DNA of 64,000 nucleotides from Batkoa obscura (Eukaryota): NCBI GenBank assembly GCA_030770535.1, contig JASVEC010000014.1, positions 930,001 to 994,000 of the forward strand, read 5' to 3'. Shown piece by piece: positions 1 to 12,512 of this stretch (position 1 is its first letter; each line of letters starts with the position of its first letter). The notes under the pieces were generated by a model. It saw only the letters and a program-made list of their open reading frames with translations, ran no database searches and was not told where the DNA came from. The position numbers and the translations under genes were made by a program.

Positions 1-409
1 GATATGACTACCATGTCATATATCATATTAAACATTATGTTGTCATTTAGTTTTTATTATACTAAATAGTTCTTACATCTATACGTTAATTTTAATTCTT
101 TAGTTCGTTGAATTTCATTCAATTTAAAATTAACTACTGTTTAGCAGCTTAAGTTAAAGATTTGATTTAAAATGAAATTTAATATTAAAAATAAGATAGT
201 TAATCACTGTTTTAAAAATATTTTTTTCTATCAAAACATCATATAAACGTTTTGAAAACATTGAAATTTTAGTCAATAAAATCCTCCTTAAAACTTGTAT
301 TTCGAACTAAAGTTAAATTCAAGATATACATATCATTTGAATCCCATAAGTTATTACGATAAAAACTAAAAAATTGCATCAAAATTTACAATACAATTAA
401 TTTTACAAG

Positions 410-939
410 ATGACAGAAAAAGAGAATGTAGAATACGAAGCTGAAAGAGAAGAGGAGGAACAAATCGAAAAAGGAGAGCGTGGGGAAGCCCAAAAAGAGA
501 TGAAAAATATGAGCGAAGAAAAAGAAGACGATAAAGAAGAAGAGACCACTAAAAATAACTATGCCAACCGATTAACTGATGTAAGCAATAGAAATTATGT
601 TTGTTCAAAACTGATTTTTTTATAGGCTTTAAAAGGGTTCAAGGCAGATGTTGTTAAACAAAAAGTTAGAAACGCTTTATTGTAAGTATTTTCATTATTT
701 TGACTCAACTTTAGAAGAACTACCTAATATAAATTTTAATATTTTATAATAGGCAAAGAGAATTAGACAAAACTGAAGTAAAGAAAGAGGATGTCGCTTT
801 CCTTTGTAGAGAATTAGCAGTAGATGAAGAGCAAGCAACATTGATGATCAAAAAAGTTAAGGGTGATTTGGAAAAGCTTCTAGGCCAATATATTAACTTT
901 GGATTTGGATCTATACCCGATTTTATTGCCACTTTATAA
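410..939 (+). CDS. HYPK: HYPK-like protein (NatA-associated, C-terminal UBA-like domain), 3 exons: 410-580, 626-681, 753-939
   Basis: GT-AG introns join in frame to give MTEKEN...NRLTD-ALKGFKADVVKQKVRNALL-QRELDKTEVKKEDVAFLCRELAVDEEQATLMIKKVKGDLEKLLGQYI. The acidic N-terminus and the VKKEDV...EL...A...GDL pattern match the HYPK UBA domain. Confidence 0.75.
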
Positions 940-1136
940 TTGTTATTAAAATCTTAATGATTTTTAATTTATAAACCTTAATCCGTTTTCATAATTAAAC
1001 TGTATAATTGTTATAGATAAGTTTGGTAAAATAAAAACACGTTTAAATAATTTACCCCTAGTATAGAGAAAAAACCTTTAATTGTTATATCTTAAAATTT
1101 TTATTTGCTATAGAGATAAATATGACATTTATGAAT

Positions 1137-1901
1137 TTATTGTTTTTTCTTAGTTTCAGCCACTGGCTTAGCATTCCAATAGTAAGTCATTTGACCAGCG
1201 AGAACAGTATTGAGGAATAAAGCTAAAAGATAACTGGTTAGAATAATCTTATCATCAACCTCTTGGATGGTAGTAAAAACACGGGCTAAGGTACCAAAGA
1301 AGTAGTTGAAGATTGCAAAAGCTGATAAATGTCCAGTATGTCCGTTTTTATAGTTTGAGATAATTTGAGGGATTCTTGAAATTAATACAACTGGGATGGT
1401 ACAAGCCTGGAGCAATTGTAAAAGCTCACTATCAACAATAGTTGGGTTATTTAAAGTTGTGTAAAATATCGCTGCAGCAGCTAATAAAATTGAGGCAGTG
1501 AACAAGGAACCATTATAGTATAAAATTAATAAAAGGATAAAAGCATTTTGAAATGTAATTGCTAAAGTCTCACCCCAGGTAGAAAATGGATTTTCGGAAC
1601 GTAAGTTATAAACGATGGATATAATGTAACTAAAGGTTTCTAAAATATAAGATAATAAAGAAATACCTTTAGCTGACTTGGCTTTTATAATTTTAATAAT
1701 TTGTGGAATTTTAACAATACAACCACCAGCAACGATAACCAAACCTAATCCTTTTGATAAACCCAATTTCAAACAGTCTACATTTTTAAAGTTCAACCTT
1801 TCGACGATTTCTTCATAACAATAGGCTTCTCCTAAGATGGTAGTAGCTAACTCCTTTACGAATAATGGTAATTTTATAATTGCTTTTTGTTCAGTTGACA
1901 T
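1137..1901 (-). CDS. MPDU1: Mannose-P-dolichol utilization defect 1 protein (PQ-loop membrane protein)
   Basis: Intronless ORF from ATG at 1901. Two PQ loops (KIPQIIKI, SRIPQIISNY), SKGLGL and NPFSTWGE motifs, GHLSA and LARVFTTIQEVDD. Confidence 0.92.
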   Translation of the reverse strand: MSTEQKAIIKLPLFVKELATTILGEAYCYEEIVERLNFKNVDCLKLGLSKGLGLVIVAGGCIVKIPQIIKIIKAKSAKGISLLSYILETFSYIISIVYNLRSENPFSTWGETLAITFQNAFILLLILYYNGSLFTASILLAAAAIFYTTLNNPTIVDSELLQLLQACTIPVVLISRIPQIISNYKNGHTGHLSAFAIFNYFFGTLARVFTTIQEVDDKIILTSYLLALFLNTVLAGQMTYYWNAKPVAETKKKQ

Positions 1902-2338
1902 TTTCAAAATAAATTGTTTTTAAAGATTTGTATAAGTACTTAAGACCCTTTTATTGATTGGCTAATTCGCTTCATACTTTTACTCCAATAATATTTGATG
2001 AGCTGGAAAATTTAAAGATAATTAAGTTTGGTTCAAAAAGAACTATGATGGAGCCTAATCACTAAAAAGGAGCAAGGCTTTTCACTTTTTAATAGATCCT
2101 ACAGAAACTCACTAAAAATATTGATAATAAGAACATGATGTTTTTAAAAACAAAATAATTTAGCTAATAATAACTTTACTTTGCACCTTAATATATATTC
2201 AAAATATCAAAATATCTGTATTTATTTAAAGCTATACCACCATAATTATAATATAATTTAATACAATGTGTTTTAATTTATAATTTCAAGAAGCAAGTAA
2301 AACAAGATAATGAAGCTGCTTTATTACAAAACTTTTGT

Positions 2339-3704
2339 TTAACCTTTATTAAATCGATTTCCTGAGCCTCTGGGGTTATTGTCTTTAAACTCATCCCATT
2401 CCCTTTGTTTTTCAGTTTCTGCGTCTAATGCTTCGTAATCTCTATCATCGACTTCTTTCTTCTCTGGTCTCTCCCTAAAATAATTTAGATGAAATCTTAT
2501 AGGTTATATTACTCTTACCCTCCCCCACCAGATAAAAAGTTTCCTCGTTCCATTTCTAATTGAAGGTATTCGTCTACGGTCATAGTAGGTAAATTATGGC
2601 CAGGTCTAAAAACTCCATCTCTTATTTCTTGCTGTTTTGAAGTGATAACAAACGGTCTTAATGGCTAAAAACACTATTGAGTATGTATGATTCTACTATG
2701 ATTTTGATTTTACCTTGCCATTTTTGTCCAAAAGATTTTTATTGTTTTGATTAGTTAAACTAGATAAATTGTCTAATCTCCAACTTAAGTCAACTTCTAC
2801 TTCATCATCGATTTTATCTTTTTGCTCTGATAATAGCTGTAGTTCTTGCTGTAAGAATCTCAAATCTTCAGTTGCTTTATTACCAAAATATTTAATCTTC
2901 GATAAACTATATTCTCGTATTAAATCTTCTTGCTCTTCTTGAAGCTCTTCATTTAATTGGGCCATTTCATTTAATTCCTTTAAAAGTTATAGAGTTAAAC
3001 AAATATATTGGAAATGATTTACCTTCATTTTTTGCTTAGTTTCTCTTTCTTCTTTATATTTTTTTATTTTCTCTTCCCTAGTTAATGATGTAAATACGTC
3101 TTTTCCTTCCTTCAACTTTTGATATGCCTATTGAATTAATAGTTAACAAGTCAATTAAAAACCCAAAATCATTCATTACTTTATTATCAACCAAGTTGAA
3201 GTTTTTTAATAAACTCAAAAACTCAAAATAAAATACCTAATTTAATATTAGTGTAATAAAAAAATACTTGAGTTATAATACTTTGCTTTGATTTAGTAAT
3301 TCTTTTCTTTCATTTTGAAAATGGCTTTTGTTATAGAAGTATCCTTGATAATAATTTACTAAAAAAAAACTGATTTATCGTTAATATAAGTATACATTAA
3401 AACTAATGTTTACTTCAAATATGATGGATTGATTTCTTCGATGTTTTCATTAGTACTATATAAATTGAATTCAGAAATTGCTCTCTCTAAAAGCCTTAAT
3501 CTATTTATATTATCTATTACAATGTTCTATTTCATGCTAAGTTTTTAAATTTTAAATTTGTTAATTATTTACCTTATATTTATCTTCATTACTTGATATT
3601 TCTCCTTCTTCTAGCAATTGATAATCTTTCTCTACTATGATTATTAACTCTTTTAAGCTAAGCCCTTTATCTAAAGAGCTTAAAGTTCCCTCAATCTTTG
3701 ACAT
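2339..3704 (-). CDS. TAP42: TAP42/alpha4 (IGBP1) PP2A-associated protein, multi-exon
   Basis: Spliced minus-strand exons give G(K)-PLRPFVITSKQQEIRDGVFRPGHNLPTMTVDEYLQLEMERG and the C-terminal REWDEFKDNNPRGSGNRFNKG*, both TAP42 signatures. ATG at 3704. Confidence 0.92.
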
Positions 3705-3968
3705 AGAAAAATAAAGATTTAAGAATTGATAACAAAGTATTTAAAGCTTTTTGTTTTGATTGGAGTTTTATTATTTTTTTATCTAATATATATTGACTAA
3801 AAATAAATAATGGCAATTAAATATAATATCAAATAATTGATAAGGAGTTATAAATCATAATCATATGAAATTAATTTTTATTGCACTATCGTTAAATTTT
3901 AATAACAAAGCATCACATTAGTTAAAACTGTATCATTTTAACTAGTTAAGTGAGATAAACCAAATGCT

Positions 3969-4244
3969 TCAAACTTTAGAAGGTCCGAGATCTTTCATTC
4001 CAGGCCAGGTATCACATTTACCGCCTTCTTTGTAATTATAGCATGCATAACGTGATTTCTCTTCTTCATAGATCCAACATGGCGGGAAATCTTTATAAGT
4101 CACCCAAGCATCAACACCACCACGGTAGCAATGATCACTTGGATAATTTCCTAATAACTTATCTGACTTGGCTTTAGCTCTACAGACAGATTCCACTTGT
4201 GTTAATGAGGCACCTAATATTACCAGATATTGAGTTAGTTTCAT
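3969..4244 (-). CDS. Small putatively secreted cysteine-containing protein (91 aa), unknown function
   Basis: Hydrophobic N-terminus MKLTQYLVILGASLTQVES, 5 Cys in the mature part, GC content above its flanks, no intron. Confidence 0.65.
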   Translation of the reverse strand: MKLTQYLVILGASLTQVESVCRAKAKSDKLLGNYPSDHCYRGGVDAWVTYKDFPPCWIYEEEKSRYACYNYKEGGKCDTWPGMKDLGPSKV

Positions 4245-5559
4245 TGTTGATTAAATTGTAATTAGAAAGTATTAAAACTTATTTATTTTCCTTTTTTTTG
4301 GGTTTATATTCATGTTCTACCATAAACTTGGCGAACTAAAATGATATAATACCTCATGAGAGCTTCTATCTTTGGAAGTTATCTACTAGAATTAAGAGTT
4401 TTAATTGGTTAAATGTTTTTTTAATGATTTAGCGTCAGTGGTTCTTGGATATTAAATAATTTAATTAATTAATGAGTATAAATAGTATTTAACTTATAGG
4501 AAATTTTAATAAACAAAATGTTATTTTTAAACTATTATTTATATATACTTTATTATATGATTTAATTTAAGATATATTAAAAACTATATTATAGGTAAAT
4601 AGATCTTAATGCTATTTTTGAAAATATAGCTCAATGATAGTATAAAAAGATCTGTCTCAATAATAAAATAATTTAACAAAAATCAAAGTAATAGTTTATT
4701 TTAAAAATATGAAGAGCTTGTATTACTTGATACTGCCATTATTTTGTAGCATAATTAATCAATTAAAATAGACTAATAAGCTGCATATAAAGTTTTGTTT
4801 GTATCAAGGATAAGGTATAAAAAAACCTAATAAACAGAACCTAATCTAAGTTTGATATTAAAATTAATAAGAAATTTAAACCTTAATTTATATTCACTAA
4901 AATAAATCAATAGGTAGATGCTCCAATGTATTTTTTCATGAGAGCTAACTTTAAATAATTTTCATAATATTTGAGCTTTTGCTATCACCCAATATAGTGT
5001 TATGTAATATTATACAGTATTATAATAATTAAAATTACTTGTAATTTATTTATGAAATAACAATTGTAATATTTAGGAATGTTTTTTTTTGGTTTCATCA
5101 CTTTTTCTATTTACCAAATATTTAAAAGCACGTTATTCACTTGGGTACTGTAACCATATTAACCAAAATGTTTGAAACTTATTGATAGTAAACTCGAAAA
5201 CAGATATGTTATTTAATAAGGAGATCCCTAAAAGCACCTTTAAATAAAACTTGTTTATAAAATTAGATTATAGGGTACATTAGTAAAACCGAAACAATAT
5301 CAACAAACTTTGTGATATAAAGTTTATAACTTTACATTGTAATAGCTTTTTTTTACAGTATTTGGAGCAGTTTTTAAATAGATAAAAAAGGTTTCTTTGA
5401 GATATTTATACTAAATACATGGTCATATAGTTTACCTAAAACTACACCTTCTATTCCACAATGAACGTTTAATCGCCCATTTTAAGGTATTCCACTATAC
5501 ATGCCTAGTTTTTCATTTCAAAGTATTATAAGTAGATTGATCAACTTAAATTTGGATAT

Positions 5560-5657
5560 GAGGGTGTTTTTTTTGTTTCATTACTTTTTCCATCTTTTAA
5601 GCGCTATTTAAGTGGAAAAATTATTAGTAAAATTCTTAAACACAAAAACACATCCCC
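5560..5657 (-). mobile_element. ~98-bp Sola2-like MITE, copy 1 (strand + is defined as the GGGGATGTATTTTTGTGTTTAAG end first)
   Basis: GAGGGTGT...ACATCCCC termini, ATAT on both sides, internal AAATAGCGCTTAAAA core (reverse complement). Confidence 0.85.
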
Positions 5658-5776
5658 ATATATTTAAATATGATTTTGTATTATAACTTGCCCATTTTAA
5701 ACCAGCTTAAAGTTTAAAATAACCTTAAACTTTTAAATAAAAAAACATGTTAATTGAACTTTGGAGTAGTTTATAT

Positions 5777-5873
5777 GGGAGTGTTTTTTCGGCTTCATTG
5801 TCTTTTCCATCTTTTAAGCGCTATTTGAGTGGAAAAATTGTTAGTAAAATTCTTAAATACAGAATACATTCCC
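5777..5873 (-). mobile_element. MITE copy 2
   Basis: Same consensus, ATAT TSD. Confidence 0.85.
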
Positions 5874-5925
5874 ATATGGTAATGTCCAAATTGATTTCAT
5901 TTATCCAATTTCTAATATTTTATAT

Positions 5926-6023
5926 GGGGATGTATTTTTGTGTTTAAGAATTTTACTAATAAATTTTCCACTTAAATAGCGCTTAAAAAATAGAAAAAAT
6001 AATAAAGTCAAAAAAACACTCCT
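5926..6023 (+). mobile_element. MITE copy 3
   Basis: Same consensus, ATAT TSD. Confidence 0.85.
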
Positions 6024-6775
6024 ATATATTAAAAACGACTTAAAATTCTAAAAATAAATTCTTTATTAAAAAGCAAAAGTAGCCCAACACAGTTTTAAGT
6101 TGTTTTATATTAAATCCGATAGAAATTTCCGAATTACCAAGGCTTTCAATGATATAACTTATATATTAATATTAATCAAAGTCGTACTATATAATAAATA
6201 AATATTGTATGAAATTTCATTGAGCAATATTTATTATCGATTGTTTTGTAACCAACATTAGAGATTTGTTATCAAATAAACTATTTTAATGTTATAATTA
6301 CATTATTGATATATTGCTGAGTTAAAAAGTAGATGCATGTGAGGGAGTGGTTAGCCTTAAAACTATAATTAGCCATCCTTATATAGTACAAGTAATATAG
6401 CAATAGTTTTTGTTTATTATTACGATTACTTGCCCTTTGACTATTTATTAACTTAGCTATTAATAACTTAAGTAATCTTAACATTTGATAATATATTTAT
6501 ATCATTTAATAAACTACTTACTTGTTTAGTAAATATCGAGACTTTTAAATTCTCTGTTGTTTTTGTAAGATAAGGTGGGGTTGATCTTTTAATTTCTCTA
6601 TTTTCTATAGACTCTATAACCCTAGTTCTAACTATATCGCTTTTTTTTTGATGTATCGGATACTGGATAACAATGTAGTTTATTGTTATGTTTAATAAAG
6701 TGTAAATACTTCTTAATACCTTGTATCTCTATTATTCTTTTTGTATCTTTATTTCTTATTTTTTAAAAACTATAT

Positions 6776-6873
6776 GAGGGTGTTTTTTTAACTTCTTTAT
6801 TTTTTCCATCTTTTAAGCGCTATTTGAGTGGAAAACTTATTAGTAAAATTCTTAAACACAAAAATACATCCCC
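6776..6873 (-). mobile_element. MITE copy 4, inside transposase copy A at a deletion junction
   Basis: Consensus match. The flanks correspond to positions ~350 bp apart in copy B (excluding its MITE). Confidence 0.85.
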
Positions 6874-8160
6874 ATATATTGAATCATGATTTAATATTTC
6901 AGATAAATAATCAAAGTAAACTTTACCTATTGTTTTATCATCTTTTAAATATAAAACACCAAAATATAATACTGATATAGCTTGTTTAGTATAATGATCT
7001 AAATTTATTAAGTCCAGTCTTGTTCCCATTTCCATACTTTGTTTAAAATCTAGAATTATTATACAACTTTTATTATTTAATTTCTTATTAGTCTCATTAA
7101 ATATGTTCTTTTGAGTATCAACACAGAATTTATGTAATTTGTATAACTTTTCTTCTTCATTGAAAATTTCTTCTATCTCTGCTTTGTTTTTTATTGCTGT
7201 ATTTATTTTGTTTTCAGATTACTTTTTTCTAACTATATACTGGGCACATATTACATTAATCCGTTTTTCTTGCTGCATTTTTGAAATTACTTGGTATATA
7301 TTTAAAAAATGTTGACCCAGGTACCGCTTTATCTTTTAGATCATTTAAATATTTACTATATATTATTCTTCTACTTTTATTTAATATATATATATTATCT
7401 GATGAATATTTACTATCATTATTTTTTTATTAAATCTTGATGAAATAGTTGAATTATTTAGTAAATATTGTATAATAGTTTCAATTTGCTCGTCTTTGAT
7501 TTTTTTGTATTTTTAATAATAGGTTGTAACGTTGATATTTTATTATTGTTACTTATTTTTGAATAATCATATTGGTTTATATTTATGTTAAGCCCAAAAA
7601 TTTTATATTCATCAAAAGAATATACTGAAGCTATAGTTGACAATAACGCTACTTGTTGATTTTTATTTCCTGTTTCCCTCAAAGCACTAATTTTATACAC
7701 TACTTGGTTAAGTTTATTATTATCGATAGTAAACTTTGATAATATATCTTTTCTTTGTTTTGTTTTATTATAAAATTCCATAAACCTTGGGTTGTTATAA
7801 GTAGCTCTTAAAATTGGATGTAAACGAATTACAATGTTTATATTGTGTACTCCTCCCTATTGTATTCAAATTTTCAAAAATTCCATCTCGAAGTTTAGTT
7901 ATGAAAGTTTGCATTTTATTTTTATTTCAACAAAAAATAAAGTCAAATAAGTGTATTTATATAATTATATGATCATACGGTTATATATTATATGTCTATT
8001 GAATATCTAACAGAAATAACTAGAACATATTATGAAAATAGCTATTTAAGAAAAGAAAACAATTAAAATAAGTTTCAAATAGAGAGATTTAATTTAGGCT
8101 TTTTAGATTTAACCGTCATATTAGACACAAATTTAAAAATTTAAAATTTGGAGTAACTTC

Positions 8161-8621
8161 TATGAAATCTGGTACTCAGTGTTTGGAGTCAAGAACAGCT
8201 ATTGTTGGGTTGACTACACTATAAGTCGAAAGGTCTTAGTTTATGTGACTAAGGTAGACTTGGATTATGAGAAATAGGACGTAATAGGTTACAAGCTATA
8301 TAAGACAAATAGAACAGACAATACTAATGTAAATCTACGTAAATACTATTAAGAAAACTTAGTGGCTTTGTTAAATGTCTGAGATATCTAAGAATAATTC
8401 AGTTAAAAGCCTCGAACTACTATACTCTGTAAACTCTTTTATACTCTGAAAAGTATAGATATCAAAATGAGAAGATAATATTCTCTGGGATGGAGCTAGA
8501 AATTCTCATAGCAAATCAAACTAAGAACGTGGGATTGATTTTCTCTGAACTCGAGAACGCAGCAGCTTAGGCGATTGTTATACTATAATTAACCATGGGA
8601 CTGACAAAGCGATATTTCACA
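8161..8621 (-). mobile_element. Solo LTR of the Ty3/Gypsy family at 55575-63127
   Basis: TATGAAATC...ATTTCACA, homologous to the 400-bp LTR with ~60 bp extra. 4-bp TSD CTTC at 8157-8160 and 8622-8625. Confidence 0.95.
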
Positions 8622-8987
8622 CTTCTAAGTAAATTCTAAAACCAATTCCGACAGCCCCATATATTAAGGACTTATAAATTTAATTTGAATTAATTTTTAA
8701 ATTTTTAAACCATTCAGACATCTCTATATAACACTATCTAATCTAAAAAATATTATTAAATGTTGTGAATTTTTAATATCTTATGTCTCAATTTTATTTT
8801 GCAATAATTTTGTATGTTTTTTAGAACTGGATATTTATTTAAAACAGAGGAAGAATGTGGTTTGATGTTTATAAAGTTACTTAATTAATATTACATTTTC
8901 TCAGGGTACAAAGGAAAGTTTAAAACATTACAGATATTTGATTTATAATTGTCAATTAACACATTTATACTGAAGAATATTCTAATC

Positions 8988-10616
8988 TTATTTTGAACTA
9001 CAAAGCTGCAATATAAGCTCAATGGCTCCTACCAGACTTGCGCTATGGCTTTTTGCTAATTTGTTAAATTGAACTAAAGTTTGATTTAATAAAATACCAG
9101 AGTTATTGATCCATTTAGAATGAGACGAGATAGTGCCAATAACTAATAAAAAAGAAAAAAATCGAGTAGGAGAATAGTATTTTACTTTTAATTTAGAACT
9201 GTGTATGATAAAAGACTGGATATTAGCTTCCAGACTCTTCAAATCTTCTGAATCTTTTGATTTCTCATTTAATGAGTGTTTAGAAAACAAGCTTTCTTTG
9301 TCACCATCTAATGCTGCCCATTTAATGGCGTATAAAACAGCCTTGCTAGAATGAAAAATTGTTTTTATATGTGCAACGAATATACTTATAACTTCATCTA
9401 ATGCCTTGTTTAAAACAGCTCCTTTGAGCATTTTATATTTGCTTAGTATCCGTTCAGTGATGAATTCCAATAAAGCTTCCAATAAGATACTGATTTTAAT
9501 TACTTTTCCATTACTTATATTTAATAAATCAAAATGTAATAAAGTATCAAAAAAATGTTTGCAAAATAAACCGTAGTTATAGCAATAGCTTGAGTAAATT
9601 AACAGTACTAGTTGTATTATCGTTTCAATTGTTTCGCTCTTATTTAGTACTGGTAATATCGTATATTGTTTCCACAAGTTGTGGCTATCAAATGATAAGT
9701 TAGAGTAGGGATCATCAATAGACAATAAAAACACAACTGCTGAATAGCATAGCTTTCTCTCAGCGTCATTTTTATAATTTAAGTGTAAGCCTAGCATTAC
9801 ACAACAATTGTTTAAAGTTGAGAAGTAGTAAGAGGGTAGTGCTAAACCATTCCCTTTCAAACCATTTAGTAATATCACCATTGATTGAATGTTATTTAAG
9901 CTAACTTTTAATCGATTTGGCTGTAAATGTTCCAATACTTTATCTCTTAAAGCTGCTTTTAAACCAGATGATTTGTCACTATCATCAATATGGGCCAGAA
10001 CAACTAATATCATGGAATAAACTAATACAATATCTCTTTTTTTACTTAAAAATTGATTATAAGTAAATAAGGGTAATAATAAATTAATCCTCTGGAAATA
10101 AATAGCTATAAGTTGCATTACACTATAATGAATATCAATACTATCTTTTATGATATTACATGACTCTACTGGCGGCATTTTTCTGAAGAAAGAATTAAGG
10201 TATTGATTTGGTGCAACTTTATAAAAGAAATTGGAGCTTTGATCAAACAACAAAGGACAATGAAATGATTTAATTGGGAAAATAGAAACAATTGATATAT
10301 TAGAATTAAATCTACTTCCACCGAGGGAGATTCTGCAATGATTAGTGTGCTTAAAACTTAGAAGTATTGCATCTCTAGCCTTTCTTTTTCTTGTCACTTT
10401 ATCTGATTGAAATAGTAAAAAGGACTTTGAGTGAAAGTCTTCATTGCCACACATTATTGGTTTTCGCTTATTTTTTCGATTGCTTGTACATGTAAGCTCT
10501 CTTTTTTTACAACTGCTACAAGCAGGCATTGTTAAATTACATCTTCTTTTTCCATAATAACACTGATCACAAGATGGTCTAACTCTAGTTTTGATAATTG
10601 ACAATTGGTTGTTCAT
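8988..10616 (-). CDS. Zn(II)2Cys6 transcription factor, family copy 1 (542 aa, intronless)
   Basis: CDQCYYGKRRCNLTMPACSSCKKRELTC (C-x2-C-x6-C-x6-C-x2-C-x6-C). Middle region YFQRINLLLPLF...QSMVILL...LGLH resembles the fungal TF middle homology region. Confidence 0.9.
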   Translation of the reverse strand: MNNQLSIIKTRVRPSCDQCYYGKRRCNLTMPACSSCKKRELTCTSNRKNKRKPIMCGNEDFHSKSFLLFQSDKVTRKRKARDAILLSFKHTNHCRISLGGSRFNSNISIVSIFPIKSFHCPLLFDQSSNFFYKVAPNQYLNSFFRKMPPVESCNIIKDSIDIHYSVMQLIAIYFQRINLLLPLFTYNQFLSKKRDIVLVYSMILVVLAHIDDSDKSSGLKAALRDKVLEHLQPNRLKVSLNNIQSMVILLNGLKGNGLALPSYYFSTLNNCCVMLGLHLNYKNDAERKLCYSAVVFLLSIDDPYSNLSFDSHNLWKQYTILPVLNKSETIETIIQLVLLIYSSYCYNYGLFCKHFFDTLLHFDLLNISNGKVIKISILLEALLEFITERILSKYKMLKGAVLNKALDEVISIFVAHIKTIFHSSKAVLYAIKWAALDGDKESLFSKHSLNEKSKDSEDLKSLEANIQSFIIHSSKLKVKYYSPTRFFSFLLVIGTISSHSKWINNSGILLNQTLVQFNKLAKSHSASLVGAIELILQLCSSK

Positions 10617-11596
10617 TTTAACAGTGAATAATAATAATGCATAAGTATTGAATTACGTATATTTAACTAGTAAAATCTGATCTTGACTTAAGTGTTAATT
10701 CGTTGGTACCAATTCTACGTTAAATTACGATATTTGATATTAGGAACATGAAATAGACTATGGTCTTTGACAAGATAAGGGATATTCTTTTTTTTTTTCA
10801 AATAATGCATAAAGTGTGATATAATCTAAAAAAACAAAAAGACTATTTGCGTATGATTCAATAATAGGATCAATATCAGGTGATCAGGTTCTACTTATAA
10901 ATCCCATGTAAATGATTTTGATAAGGTTTTTACTTATTTTACAACAATCTAATTGATTGTAAATAAAACTTTAATCCTAGCACAGTAAAATCTTTATTTT
11001 GATTTATAGAATAGCATAATGTTCTAATTTTACAGCTATGCTATAACTTATTTTGACCTAATAAATTACTCACTTAAAAATAAAATCTTTTAAAATTAAG
11101 GCTAAAGCTATAATTTAACCTTAAAAAAACCAAGTAATTTATTGACTCCAAAAACTATTACAAATCAGATCATAATAGAATTGCAACAGCTACAATCCTT
11201 GGAATTTAATAAACTTAAATTAATTCTTTAAACTTAAATTAATTCTTTAAATTAAACTTTGAATTTGTTAATAAATTTACACTTAAGGTCATACAAAATA
11301 TTAAAAGTCAGAGTCAAACATATAATTCAAAACAATCATATTGTTTTGAAGTTTTATAAAACATTATTTTATCAATTTTATAATTAACTATACTATAGCA
11401 GCTATTCAAATTAATTATAAAAGTAATTATACTTTTATAGTTAATTTAACTAAATTTAAGTAATTTTATTATTAAAATTTAATGTTTTTAAATTTACATG
11501 TAATTGATTTGAAGTTTTTTATTTAAATTTGTTATAAAATTTTTTGTTTTTTATTTTCAGAAAACTTTATTTTAATATTTTAATATTTTAATATTT

Positions 11597-11694
11597 GGGG
11601 ATGTATTTATGTGTTTAAGAGTTTTACTAATAATTTTTCCACTCAAATAGCGCTTAAAAGATGGAAAAGTAATGAAGCCAAAAAAAACACCCCC
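11597..11694 (+). mobile_element. MITE copy 5
   Basis: Flanked by ATTT on both sides, which establishes a 4-bp rather than TA TSD. Confidence 0.9.
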
Positions 11695-12015
11695 ATTTAT
11701 ATTTGATAGTTATAATAAAAAATTATAATAGCTATTATATTTATATATAGCATTTTAATGCAAATCGTAAAAAAACTTTTTAATATAATAAATTATTCTT
11801 AAAATTATTTTCTTAACAAAATCACTAAAGATAAAAATACATTTTCATATATTATTTTCTATGTTTCGAATTTATTTTAATTATACAAACTAAAGTTTAC
11901 TAATTTATAACCAGTTATTAAGCCAAAATAACTTTTGGTTCTGATCATTATGTATTAAATTTTATAAAATATAGATATTAAAACGTAGAATAAATTCTTT
12001 TGTAATTCTTTATAT

Positions 12016-12112
12016 GGTGATGTTTTTTCTAGTTTCATTATTTTTCCATTTTTAAGCACTATTTGAGCAGAAAGTTTGTTAGTAAAATTCTTAAACACAA
12101 AAATACGTCCCC
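12016..12112 (-). mobile_element. MITE copy 6
   Basis: Consensus match, ATAT TSD. Confidence 0.85.
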
Positions 12113-12128
12113 ATATAGTTTTATAAAT

Positions 12129-12226
12129 GGGGATATTTTTTTTGTCTTCATTACTTTTTCCATTTTTAAGCACTATTTGAGTGGAAAGATTATCAGCAAA
12201 ATCCTTAAACGAAAAAATACATCCCC
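12129..12226 (-). mobile_element. MITE copy 7
   Basis: Consensus match, AAAT TSD on both sides. Confidence 0.9.
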
Positions 12227-12512
12227 AAATACTATTAATTTTAGTAACAAAGTTATTTAAATTAATTTAAATTAAGTATATAAACTATAATTAAATTGGC
12301 CATAAAAATACAATTGCTTTCATAACTAATATAAATAACTATTAAATTAATAAAATTATATTTTATATTTTTTTAATTTTAACTTAATTTTAACAAAACT
12401 TTATTTTTAAACAAACAGTCAAATTATATTATAATAAAGTTGCAGCAGCTATGAATTCACTTTTGATTTAAAGGTTTATTAATTTGTTATTATTCCATAA
12501 CTTTAAATAAAA

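Larger units (their letters stand above)
6145..8658 (-). mobile_element. Degenerate Sola2-like DNA transposon, copy A (5' terminus at 8658; 3' limit uncertain), interrupted by a solo LTR and a MITE
   Basis: Terminus ATAT|GGGGCTGTC on the minus strand. Frameshifted transposase from ATG 7914 reads ...FKNAARKTD*CNMC...LHKFCVDTQKNIFNE...SCIIILDFKQSM...YLSEILNHDS. Reverse-complement homology to 54683-55574, 63128-63550 and 63552-64000. Confidence 0.75.

Noticed and set aside
5430..5500. Minus-strand WNTLKWAIKR resembling a Merlin/ISXO2 transposase fragment
   Set aside because: Too short, flanked by stops, and no other motifs found.
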